Shown here piece after piece: positions 38,253 to 47,528 of a stretch of 62,378 bases of DNA. The DNA lies in IMG/VR virus record IMGVR_UViG_3300033148_010415, positions 1 to 62,378 of that record; one strand, 5' to 3'. Below the pieces are notes generated by a model that saw only the letters and a list, made by a program, of their open reading frames with translations, did no database searches and was not told the DNA's origin. The position numbers and the translations under genes were made by a program. The stretch's first letter is position 1, and every line of letters starts with the position of its first letter. Origin of the DNA: a virus. Its lineage: Duplodnaviria > Caudoviricetes.

Positions 38253-38659
38253 TGAGAGATATTGCGGAACGTATTGCCTGGCATTTCCTGGGGACTCCTT
38301 ACCTGTGGGGCGGGGATGATCCCTCCGGCTATGACTGTTCTGGGTTTGTCATTGAGATACTGAAGTCCGTGGGCATCCTTCCTGGGAAAGGGGACTGGAC
38401 GGCGGACGGGTTGTGGCGGATGTTCAAGGATCAGGAGGTTCCCTCCCCTGCCCGTGGATACCTGGCTTTTTGGTTTAATGATGCAGGCCGAGCAATTCAT
38501 GTGGAATTTTGTCTTGATGATAAGCTTTCCATCGGGGCGTCGGGAGGCGGGCGGAACGTCAAGACGTTCGCAGATGCATACAGAAAAAACGCATATGTCA
38601 AAATCAGACCCATCGCGTCAAGGCGGGGATGGGTGAGATTTGTTAATCCTTTCAAATAA
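38249..38659 (+). CDS. NlpC/P60 peptidoglycan endopeptidase (probable endolysin)
   Basis: GTPYLWGG, YDCSG, IHVE; end of lysis cassette. Confidence 0.85.
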   Translation: MMRDIAERIAWHFLGTPYLWGGDDPSGYDCSGFVIEILKSVGILPGKGDWTADGLWRMFKDQEVPSPARGYLAFWFNDAGRAIHVEFCLDDKLSIGASGGGRNVKTFADAYRKNAYVKIRPIASRRGWVRFVNPFK

Positions 38660-38720
38660 CCTTCCATTCAAAAATCATTAAAAAAAATTAAATTTTTTTT
38701 AAAAAAATTGCATTTTTTAC

Positions 38721-38749
38721 TTGACATTGTCAGACAAATGTCATACTTT
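38721..38749 (+). promoter_or_regulatory. Sigma70-type promoter TTGACA-N17-TACTTT overlapped by inverted repeat TGACATT..AATGTCA
   Basis: Read directly; AT-rich upstream element. Confidence 0.65.
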
Positions 38750-38807
38750 ATACTCAGAAGCCGGGATGACGACCTGGCGGAATCAAAAAAAACGAAAGGA
38801 GAAAAAA

Positions 38808-39215
38808 ATGAAAAAGATTGTCAGCATCCCAAATATCGGGGACCGGAGATTTAAAAAGTGGGCGAAATTGCTCTCAAATGTCGATCAATCCAAAACGAAC
38901 GGATATGCGTTTGAGGGTGAATTCCTCAGGTTTGACCGCAAATATGAATTAGAAATAGGGACCATTGTGCTGTGCTATGGCGAATCGGGTAGTGCAAAAT
39001 ACCATTATCCGGAAGTAAGGCTTTGCATCTTGACTGAAGATGGATGGAAGGAACTTTTCTATCGAGATAATTTGGATAAAGCCTGGGCCCTGGACGTGCG
39101 CGATGAGATCGCACGCCTGATGGATGAGGCCAAGGGCCTTGAGCCCCCGAACCCTTTAGCAGCATGCAGTGATGAAGAGCTTCTAGACGAAGTGAAGAGG
39201 CGAGGATTGATCTAA
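38808..39215 (+). CDS. Hypothetical protein
   Basis: SD AAGGAG; KTNGYAFEGEF motif; C-terminal SDEELLDEVKRRGL. Confidence 0.7.
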   Translation: MKKIVSIPNIGDRRFKKWAKLLSNVDQSKTNGYAFEGEFLRFDRKYELEIGTIVLCYGESGSAKYHYPEVRLCILTEDGWKELFYRDNLDKAWALDVRDEIARLMDEAKGLEPPNPLAACSDEELLDEVKRRGLI

Positions 39216-39304
39216 TAAACGGAAAGCCGGGGGTTTCGGGCAGGAGAAAGCCCCCGCGGTGACGAGCCGCGGCCCCCGGCAATAATATTTTAAGGGAGGT
39301 CATC

Positions 39305-39745
39305 ATGGCTGTCAAATCGGAAAGAATAACAGCAAGAATTGACCCTGAGCTGAAAAGTTTCCTGGAGAGATATGGCGCGGATATTTCCGCACAGCTCCGG
39401 GAAGACCTGATTGTTTTACAGGAATTGGTCCGCCGGACAGAGGCGGACCTGGCTGGCCGCTTCACCGTTGGTGAGGCGAGCCTGCTTTGCGATGTGCTCA
39501 ACGGCTACCATTTTACCCCGGAGCACATCGGCAGTCAGGCACAGGGCCTGGCCCTGGAGGTCTCAGACGGATGCCGTCTGAACGCCTTGGACGAGAAGTG
39601 GGGGGTTTTTGCCGAAGGTCTTGTGGACAAGCTCAAAGATCTGACGTCCCTGGAGGCATATATCCTGGTCCATTGGGCCCGGATATTCTGGACCAAACCG
39701 GAGGCTGGAAAAGATGATATCAAGAAAATATTCAGGTGCAACTAA
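39305..39745 (+). CDS. Hypothetical protein with ribbon-helix-helix-like N-terminus
   Basis: SERITARIDPELKSFL; SD GGAGG. Confidence 0.65.
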   Translation: MAVKSERITARIDPELKSFLERYGADISAQLREDLIVLQELVRRTEADLAGRFTVGEASLLCDVLNGYHFTPEHIGSQAQGLALEVSDGCRLNALDEKWGVFAEGLVDKLKDLTSLEAYILVHWARIFWTKPEAGKDDIKKIFRCN

Positions 39746-39800
39746 AGATTCTTGCCAAAAAAACGCTTGACACCCCCTCGATCAAGCGCTATTTTTTTTA

Positions 39801-39965
39801 AGCCCCATCCTGCCTGCCCCCTCCGGGCGCCGCCGGTCCCCGGGGGAGAAAAGAGGGTCGCCCGACACGCTGAAATCGTGTCTGATCGCCACGCATGCCG
39901 GCGGCGATCGGGAGTGAATGGGGCGACCGGCGCAAAAAAAGAGCGGCCATGAGCCGCTTTTTTCT
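39801..39965 (+). ncRNA. Candidate structured small RNA
   Basis: TTGACA(39767)-N17-TATTTT promoter, GC-rich multi-stem body, terminator AGCGGC..GCCGCT-TTTTT. Confidence 0.45.
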
Positions 39966-40446
39966 TTCTTTTGCGGTGCGGGGCTACTCTTTCAGTCCCC
40001 GAGCTTCCGCCCTTGATAGAAGTTTCTTCAGGGACTCTGGCGAGGTGCCCACGAAGCGCTCCGGAGGGCGCTTCTTTTGACTAGGACAGGAAGCTGCATG
40101 CTTATTGGGAGATGTTGGGTGGCGAACCGATGCTCAATTGGGATCTGGCGCATTTTGAGGGGTGATCCTCTGGCTGTTCCACGTTGAACGGTCAGTGAGA
40201 AGCGCCATGCCGTTGTCCCGAAATCAAGAAGTCACATCGGCGGGGTTTACTGAAAAAATAAAAAGATGCTTAAGAAATTAAACAAATGTATCGATAATAT
40301 AAATACAAGAAAATGCTCTTGCAGTTGTATGAATCTTATGGTACAAAATAAATCACCAAAGGAAACGAAAGGAGGAGATATACTAATGAACTGCAAATGG
40401 CCGTTTCCAGAACCACTTGAATAAATAAAATAAATTTCTTGCTCAA

Positions 40447-41829
40447 TCAACGATACATTTGAGCTAGGCGGAGAAAGGCAAGGCGTTCATGCCTAGCGCA
40501 AAATGTATCAGCAAACAATATCGCTTTAGAATCGTTGCTTTGATACGCCAAGGAACGAGCTAGGCGAACAAGCTTTAATCCCTCTTCAATTTTTTTAATA
40601 TCCTTTTCGAGTGCAATCAAAACAAAACCCCCTGTGTCTAAATAACTTGGATTTTTAGGATGCTTATCAATTAGTTCATGTGCATATTTTAACACCTGAG
40701 AATAGATTTCCGGATTTAATTTTTTCCCTTTAAGAACAGCATCAGCAGCCCAATAGCAAAAATTGGCTTTATGCGGATCAAGTTTCTTTCCTTCTTGATT
40801 TTCAATTGATTTTTCAATGGCCTCTTTTCCACAAATGATGGCTTGATCAAAACGGTTAAGCCCCCAGCATACCGCGGCTTTTGCGGCCACCGCAATTGGA
40901 TCGTTTGGGTGAGTATCTACATATTCATTAGCGAGAGTTAATGCCAACCCCTCTTGTTGGGGATCCTTGTGGCATATCGCAATCAGTGCTGCAAGATAGC
41001 AGAGGTGGATGTTCACCCCTGCTTCTCGACGATATTGGATAAGAGCGATATTAAGATTTTGGCAATCTTGAAATGTCCACTGACGAGGATCGTCAACTGA
41101 AAAATTAATGCTATATCGATCTTTAAGATAATTAATAAGAGATGTGGATTCCCCAAAAAAGGTAATTGCAGCCGCATCTTTACGCTCTCGCTCTTCCAAT
41201 TCTAACCACTCTATTTGCATTTTTATGATTTCTCCCTGCTCATCGACTGCAGTTAAAATATGGCTGAGTTGTGTCATGTGTCGCAAGAGATATGGATCGA
41301 CAGTCTCCTCCTGTTTATACGTGATTTCATGTGTCATGGCATCCCACGCCTCTTGACACATCGTTTTAACTTGGATCTCACAAATGAGATCATACCAATC
41401 TTGGTATCTGATAACATTTGGTGTGGCGGCAAAATGATAACCTATATAACCCGTCTCATAACTCACAAATGCTTCTTCAATGGTTAGAGGAGAGATATTA
41501 AAGTGATCGGTATTAGTATAAAGCCATTTACAAACTTCTTTCACGCTCGATGTATATGGGCAAATGATTTTGATCCCAATCAAATCTGTAACATCCCTTA
41601 AGTCAAAATTTGGATTGTTTTTACGTTCCTTGGTTATCTTCATAACAATACTCTTTAAGCTTTTCACTTTATGACGAGCCAAAACTACTCTAATGAATCG
41701 CATATCCATTCTTTGGCGTTGCTCCTCACAAATCTTATATGCCTCATTTTGAAAGGCCATAAGCCTTTCGTTATCAGAATATAATCGTTTTTCCCAGGAT
41801 TCTATTTCCTTTGGAGTTGGATCTTTCAT
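40447..41829 (-). CDS. RelA/SpoT synthetase-domain protein with C-terminal TPR-like repeats
   Basis: KVKSLKSI..K, DLIGIKI, GYIGYHF, EIQVKTMCQEAW...H..YK; TPR-like NPSYLDTGG. Confidence 0.85.
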   Translation of the reverse strand: MKDPTPKEIESWEKRLYSDNERLMAFQNEAYKICEEQRQRMDMRFIRVVLARHKVKSLKSIVMKITKERKNNPNFDLRDVTDLIGIKIICPYTSSVKEVCKWLYTNTDHFNISPLTIEEAFVSYETGYIGYHFAATPNVIRYQDWYDLICEIQVKTMCQEAWDAMTHEITYKQEETVDPYLLRHMTQLSHILTAVDEQGEIIKMQIEWLELEERERKDAAAITFFGESTSLINYLKDRYSINFSVDDPRQWTFQDCQNLNIALIQYRREAGVNIHLCYLAALIAICHKDPQQEGLALTLANEYVDTHPNDPIAVAAKAAVCWGLNRFDQAIICGKEAIEKSIENQEGKKLDPHKANFCYWAADAVLKGKKLNPEIYSQVLKYAHELIDKHPKNPSYLDTGGFVLIALEKDIKKIEEGLKLVRLARSLAYQSNDSKAILFADTFCARHERLAFLRLAQMYR

Positions 41830-41932
41830 AAATACACCTCTTTCCCAAAATTTAAAATCCCCTCTTTCCACTATGGGAAACGGAGTCTTTTCAACCTTTT
41901 AATTCATGGTGTTTTTCCGAAAAAGCATGTGT

Positions 41933-42209
41933 TTACACCATAGAAATAGACCAGAAAAACGTTTTAAAATTAACATGAAATTGGTCAGCCTTGACGCGAA
42001 AATACGTCCAGATCCCCAGGATGGGCTTTCCCAGGCCGAAGGCGTATCCCACTTCCCAGCTCGTTCCCGAGTCGGTGTTCGCCTGGTCCAGTATCGTTAT
42101 CATAATATCACATTTCTGGATAGCGTCAACGTTCTTTTTGAAGATGTAGCGCCCGGTTCCAGGAGCGCTCCGCTAGGGTGAAGAGGGGGGCTGATAGGTA
42201 GATTATCAT
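41933..42209 (-). pseudogene. Nucleoside 2-deoxyribosyltransferase-family pseudogene (internal deletion with frameshift)
   Basis: MIIYLSAPLFTLAERSWN in one frame; IFKKNVDAIQKCDIMITILDQANTDSGTSWEVGYAFGLGKPILG in another. Confidence 0.75.
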
Positions 42210-42249
42210 TTTTCTGGATATCTTATTAAATCATTTTATATGGGACCAC

Positions 42250-43182
42250 TTATTCACGAAAGCTGTTGCTATTGAATGGGAGAGCATCTAAATATTTTTC
42301 TCTTTCCTTATCATTATTGAATTTTTCAATTAATTTGTGATTTATGAGTATCTTATTCAATGTTTTCCTTATTAAGCACTCGGTTTTATATAAAATTTCT
42401 TCTGATTTATTTTGTTTTCTCGAGTCCATTCTCAATCCATGAACCACTTTACATCTCCAATCATAACAACACTTTGCAACTTCAAATTGATTTAAGGCTT
42501 CTTTCCTGCTTGAGGATAAAAAGAAAGCGATTCTCTGAGATAACTTATATCTAATCTCTCGCGCATCCTTTGGACCAAAAATGCTTTCCAAAGCAATCCA
42601 TAGTAGCATGTATCTAATTTCCCATATCTCAGAAAGAGCAGCATAAACCGCCCAAATAGCTCTCCAAATAGGACCATTCCTGGTCAAGCAATTAATAGAT
42701 GAAAAAAGTTTACGGGCTAAATTTAAGTCATTTATTTTTAGACGATTATCACAATCCCTTTCATGAGATAGAAGTGGGCGGGGGTAATAAAGTGTTCTGA
42801 GATACCATTTATCATTGATTTGCTCTGAGTGAATTAATATCTTAAGTTTAAAAGAAGAAGGCTTTGCTAGCCATAGTGATAAAGAGCATATTTTTATTAA
42901 TTCATCAGCAATATTTTGTTTTGATCTTGTCTTCTTCCCCTGCCAAGAAGGGTCTGTTTCACCCATAGACCCTGCTTCATATTCACGAATAAGAGCAAAT
43001 TTGGCGGAATCTATTATATTGCTATAAAAACCTAACTCTTTTCTCATATCCTCTTGTGTAAGCCAACTTGGCGCCGGACGAAGAATAATTCCCTTTTCAA
43101 ATTCAAAGGGTTCCTTGATAAAATTCCATGATTTCCAATAAGAGATTGGAGCTATAGTGCACCACTTATTCACGGCCCACAC
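42250..43182 (-). CDS. ApeA-like HEPN domain protein (candidate RNase defence effector)
   Basis: LWIALESIF, LSQRIAFFL, YDWRCKVVHG (RxxxxH). Confidence 0.8.
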   Translation of the reverse strand: MWAVNKWCTIAPISYWKSWNFIKEPFEFEKGIILRPAPSWLTQEDMRKELGFYSNIIDSAKFALIREYEAGSMGETDPSWQGKKTRSKQNIADELIKICSLSLWLAKPSSFKLKILIHSEQINDKWYLRTLYYPRPLLSHERDCDNRLKINDLNLARKLFSSINCLTRNGPIWRAIWAVYAALSEIWEIRYMLLWIALESIFGPKDAREIRYKLSQRIAFFLSSSRKEALNQFEVAKCCYDWRCKVVHGLRMDSRKQNKSEEILYKTECLIRKTLNKILINHKLIEKFNNDKEREKYLDALPFNSNSFRE

Positions 43183-43898
43183 ACCTTACACGGCACATAC
43201 CCTCGATCAAGCGCCTCCTGCCTCGAATTGAAATACACCCTGTTCCCCGGGGATATCTTCTTGGCCCACCTGCAGGAGGGATAATGGAATTTATTGGACT
43301 TCTTGCTCCCGACGTATTTCCCGGAGGAAGGAACGACAGAATATTGCTCACGGGGTGGCGGTCTTCTCTGTCCCCATTTTGATTTGAGCCTCAGGTATTT
43401 TCTTGCAAGCTGGGGATCACCCCAAATGTTCAGTCGGTTTTTCCGGGCGTATCTTTCGGCCTCTCTGAATTGCCGGTCATACTTTTTACTCAGACCATAC
43501 TTCGTGTAATACGGGCTTAATCCTTGCTTGACCAGCTCTATGTTGAAATTAACCCCGTCGATGATGACATAGGCCAGGAGCCGCCCATAATTTCCCCTGC
43601 GCCGTCCCTCGAATTCAAGATCAACCGCTTTCCCCTCAAGCCTGGTTTCGGTGTACCTGGAGGCCGTCTTGCCCATAGGGATGTTTTGTTTCTTGTCCCG
43701 ATGGACGGATTCGGGTGTGTTCACGCATAGTAGCCTCACCTTCTCCAGCTTCCCGGTGGGCATCCTCACGACTATGGTATCTCCATCAACGACGCGGGTG
43801 CAGAAGGCTTTGAAGCCATTGGAATAGGATGCTGTGAGAGACAGAAAAGCAAGAATGAAAAGGAGAGATAAAATCACTCGGAGAGGTTTGTATAACAT
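43170..43898 (-). CDS. Secreted thermonuclease (SNase) with C-terminal Ada-type metal-binding domain
   Basis: Signal peptide; RVVDGDT, VRLLCVNTPE, YGRLLAY; FHYPSC...GYVPCKVC. Confidence 0.9.
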   Translation of the reverse strand: MLYKPLRVILSLLFILAFLSLTASYSNGFKAFCTRVVDGDTIVVRMPTGKLEKVRLLCVNTPESVHRDKKQNIPMGKTASRYTETRLEGKAVDLEFEGRRRGNYGRLLAYVIIDGVNFNIELVKQGLSPYYTKYGLSKKYDRQFREAERYARKNRLNIWGDPQLARKYLRLKSKWGQRRPPPREQYSVVPSSGKYVGSKKSNKFHYPSCRWAKKISPGNRVYFNSRQEALDRGYVPCKVCGP

Positions 43899-44117
43899 AG
43901 CGATCCCCTCCCTACCCCATATGGGTACAGAATTCAGATTATGTGTTCCGGCCCGCAGTTGCCAACCTTTCCTCATAGGTCAAAATTATTAAATATCAAC
44001 CATCCCTTTGCCCGCAAATTGAGGATAATAATAGGTGGAATGATGATTTGCTAATAGTGCCCTAATATGGTATGGCTCTTTTGCAATGTATTTGAGAAGT
44101 TTTTTCCTAGTATTTTT

Positions 44118-44597
44118 CTATTTGCATTGACAGTTGTTTTGTCGAACCCAGCCATGCCTAGCAATAGCTGAACATATATAACCTTCTAAAGGTCTTTTCT
44201 TGAATTTATAGTTAACAGCAGTCACATTAGTATCATAATTCAAAGCGATGTTTCCTTGAAGAGCGGCACCAGCAATAATTAAACAGATATCAGGAGATAT
44301 GGTTTTGAATCCAATATATACAAAGTTTCTGTGAAATTTGACCCATGATACTTCTTCTATATCATCCAAATAATAAAGTCTCTCTTTGAGTATAGAAGAA
44401 GCGTTTTTTGGTAATTTATCTTGAGTCGACCCCCTGATTATTGATTTTGATGGTTCTACCTTTTCTTTCTGACTGGGAATAACCCAAATAACGATAAAAA
44501 CAAGCAAAATGAATAAAAACCAACCTTTAACTTTAGAAAAACTTTGCCTTTTTATCCGTGCTTTGGGATTTGATTCCCAACAGTTTAATTTGCCCAT
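44118..44597 (-). CDS. Membrane-anchored hypothetical protein
   Basis: One TM helix; AT-rich. Confidence 0.6.
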   Translation of the reverse strand: MGKLNCWESNPKARIKRQSFSKVKGWFLFILLVFIVIWVIPSQKEKVEPSKSIIRGSTQDKLPKNASSILKERLYYLDDIEEVSWVKFHRNFVYIGFKTISPDICLIIAGAALQGNIALNYDTNVTAVNYKFKKRPLEGYICSAIARHGWVRQNNCQCK

Positions 44598-45086
44598 TTT
44601 CGAAATTACATATATAGTAATTTTTAATTTAATATAATGATGGTGTCCTCATCAACAACACAGGTGAATCGGTGGCGGTGAGAGAAAGAGCGGTGAGGAT
44701 GAGAAGAGCTGGGAGGAGATTTGAAAGAAGTATTGAGCGACGGTTTTGGAACATCGGGCAACCTCACCATGATGAGCGGTTATCCGCCGGAGAGCATAAT
44801 GATATTCTGCTATTCGGTCTGAGGATTTACATTCCACCTATGACAGAAAAATGAGCAGGAGTCAAGAAAAAATGTAAAAAGAGCAGCCACCATCGCATGA
44901 CGCCCAGGATAATTTCCTGTTCAAATATACTTTGAAAAAGAAATATCAGGGACAGTTAATAAAGTTAGCTATCATCAGTTTTAGCCTCCTTCCTGGATGC
45001 GTGCATAATTATTTGACAAACATGCAATAATCTGCTATTAAAAAAAATAGTATTGTTTTGGACCTTTTTAAAAAGGGAGGGGAGTC

Positions 45087-45539
45087 ATGGAAAAAAATCA
45101 GTCAGCTATGAAAAGGGAAGAACTTATTCTAGCAGCGATGTCTGTGGCCGGATGCGCTGATTACCAACCAGTCCAAGTTCAAAAACTATTTTTTTTGATC
45201 GATAAGACTATAGGTCATAAAATTGGCGGGCCTTTTTTTAATTTCCAACCCTATGATTATGGTCCTTTTGATAAAGATGTGTACATTACGCTCGAAAGGC
45301 TTGAACTTGAAGGTCTTGTGGAAATAGTTTATGAATATGGTTTTAGCCGCCGACGGTTTCGCCTTACACCTACTGGATTAGCGGCAGGGAAAAAATTCTT
45401 TTCAAACCTTCCTGAAGATCTCAAAGAGTACATTTCTAAACTTGTAGAGGCAATTCGAAGACTCTCCTTTGCGCAGTTGGTCTCAGCAATATATAAAGCT
45501 TATCCAGAAATGCAAAAATATAGCGTATTTTCGGAATAA
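45087..45539 (+). CDS. SocA/Panacea (DUF4065/YwgA)-like protein
   Basis: VQKLFFLID, FQPYDYGPF, winged-helix-like LTPTG, IYKAYP. Confidence 0.7.
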   Translation: MEKNQSAMKREELILAAMSVAGCADYQPVQVQKLFFLIDKTIGHKIGGPFFNFQPYDYGPFDKDVYITLERLELEGLVEIVYEYGFSRRRFRLTPTGLAAGKKFFSNLPEDLKEYISKLVEAIRRLSFAQLVSAIYKAYPEMQKYSVFSE

Positions 45540-45544
45540 TAAGA

Positions 45545-46306
45545 ATGACCATTCTAGTCGGGATTCTCTGTGAAAACGGTATCGTAATAGGAGCTGATAC
45601 CTCAGCAACGTTTGGGCGAATTTCACGTTCAACCATCGAGCAACCATGTAAAAAAATCACAATTATCAATAATTATGTGATTATTGCAGGAACCGGTTTT
45701 ATGGGTTTAGGGCAGCGTTTTGTTGAAGTTATAAGAAAACAATATGAAAATAAATTGTTTCAAATTTCCTCACCTATTGAGATAGCTAGAATATTATCAA
45801 GAGAAGCAATAAAAGATTTTCAAGAAACTAACACTCCTAAAGGTTTGTTTGGTGCGCTTGTTGCTTTCCATTGTGGGGGAAGGGCCTGCCTTGTTGAATT
45901 TGATATTGATAATTTTCAACCATCTGTGATGGATACAAATATATGGTATGCATCAATGGGAAGTGGACAACCCATTGCAGACCCTTTTCTTGGATTAATG
46001 AGGCGTGTATTTTGCCCCAAATCACCGCCGCAACTTGCTACAGGCATTTTCATTACAGCGTGGACACTCGAGCATACCATTGATGTCAATCCCGGAGGTA
46101 TAAAAGGTCCTTTTCATTTGGCAATCTTAAAAAGAGATGTTGCAGCTAAAGGGAAATTCGTTGCAAAAGAATTGGATGAGGCAGAATTAGACGAGCATTA
46201 TAACAACGTTGAAGCGGCTTATAAACATTTGGGGGAATATGCATACATTATTTCAGGAAAAGATGCTCCGGAACTACCGAAAACACCAGTATCCAGTATA
46301 ATATAA
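45545..46306 (+). CDS. Proteasome-beta/HslV-like Ntn hydrolase
   Basis: N-terminal M-T, GIVIGADT, KKI, AGTG, SMGSG. Confidence 0.8.
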   Translation: MTILVGILCENGIVIGADTSATFGRISRSTIEQPCKKITIINNYVIIAGTGFMGLGQRFVEVIRKQYENKLFQISSPIEIARILSREAIKDFQETNTPKGLFGALVAFHCGGRACLVEFDIDNFQPSVMDTNIWYASMGSGQPIADPFLGLMRRVFCPKSPPQLATGIFITAWTLEHTIDVNPGGIKGPFHLAILKRDVAAKGKFVAKELDEAELDEHYNNVEAAYKHLGEYAYIISGKDAPELPKTPVSSII

Positions 46307-46417
46307 GTATCTATTATTTCATTTTTCTTTCTCATGTTAATTCAAGTTGTTCGGGTTTTTTCTTTATTAATTTCGGGGCTTTTTTAAAGGAGATTGATAA
46401 AATCCGGCTTAGCCATA

Positions 46418-47503
46418 TTAACTCAACAAAGCTTTCAATTGATCATTCCATGCCACTTTAAGGTTGGCAGGGACATCGGGTGAATCCAATAATTTTAAAA
46501 ACTCACTGGTGAAAATTCCACGACATGATGGACCTATTGTGCCAAGAGAATTTACTAACCAGTCTTTTACTGGTAAGAAGCTGATATCATGGCCTTGGGC
46601 GAAATACTGTCGCGCGGCAGCTCGAGCTTCATTATCGGGTAGACCAGAAGAAAAGAAAAAGAGATAATCATCTATTCCTTGGGGCGAAATTTTTGTATTA
46701 AAAGTTGAGACGACACGGGAGCGGTCTATCGGCCTTTCTGTAACTTCAACGGCAAGAACAATATCTCCATTAGATTCTAGTGTGATATCACCTCCAGCAC
46801 CAGAAGCTCGATCAGCCACATTTATTCCCTGCCATTTTATTTGCCAATTGAGATTAAAACATTTACGTATAGTTCCAAACATTGCAACTGATAATAAGAC
46901 AGGTAACAAGCCGCCGCTTGGTATCTCAAGAAGGCGACTAATCAAAATTTCATACTGCTCCAAGCTTAATCGATGGATCTTTGTAAGAGTAATTTTTGAA
47001 TCACTTCGAAGGATAAGGAAGGTATAAAATAGAAATCGAAGATAATCACGGGCTTTCTCAGACTCTACTTTCTCCAATTCGCCAATAAAATCAAGAAATG
47101 CTGCATATGCTTTCTTATCTCGGACTCCTCGTGCCGTTTCGGGTACAAATCTGATATTGCGTCGAAAAACATTCAGATATGGACCTTTGGAACAGGGAAT
47201 TTCTCGGTCTTGAAGAAATGGATTGACTACTCTTTCGTCAAGAGTGCGCCCATTAAAGGCGTTATCTCCTTGATTCATGTAAGGCAAGCGAATGTCAATA
47301 TTTGAATCTATGATGCGTGCCAAGGCGCAACCGAGCAAAGCTTCTCGGTAAGCCTGAGTTGAAGAGATGAATAAGGATTTTATAGCCTTATGGAGTGCTT
47401 GAGGTACATTCACAGACTTATTGATACTGAAATCGCCTTCTGCTTTTCCAAACTCCTCAGAGAGGATTTGTCGGGCTATAATGTAATCTATTTGCCTGCC
47501 CAT
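46418..47503 (-). CDS. Type II restriction endonuclease (SacI-family-like)
   Basis: FNGRTLDERVVNPFL, NVADRASGAGGD...AVEV; downstream of a DNA methylase. Confidence 0.75.
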   Translation of the reverse strand: MGRQIDYIIARQILSEEFGKAEGDFSINKSVNVPQALHKAIKSLFISSTQAYREALLGCALARIIDSNIDIRLPYMNQGDNAFNGRTLDERVVNPFLQDREIPCSKGPYLNVFRRNIRFVPETARGVRDKKAYAAFLDFIGELEKVESEKARDYLRFLFYTFLILRSDSKITLTKIHRLSLEQYEILISRLLEIPSGGLLPVLLSVAMFGTIRKCFNLNWQIKWQGINVADRASGAGGDITLESNGDIVLAVEVTERPIDRSRVVSTFNTKISPQGIDDYLFFFSSGLPDNEARAAARQYFAQGHDISFLPVKDWLVNSLGTIGPSCRGIFTSEFLKLLDSPDVPANLKVAWNDQLKALLS

Positions 47504-47528
47504 GGATTGACCTGTAATTGAGCTAACC

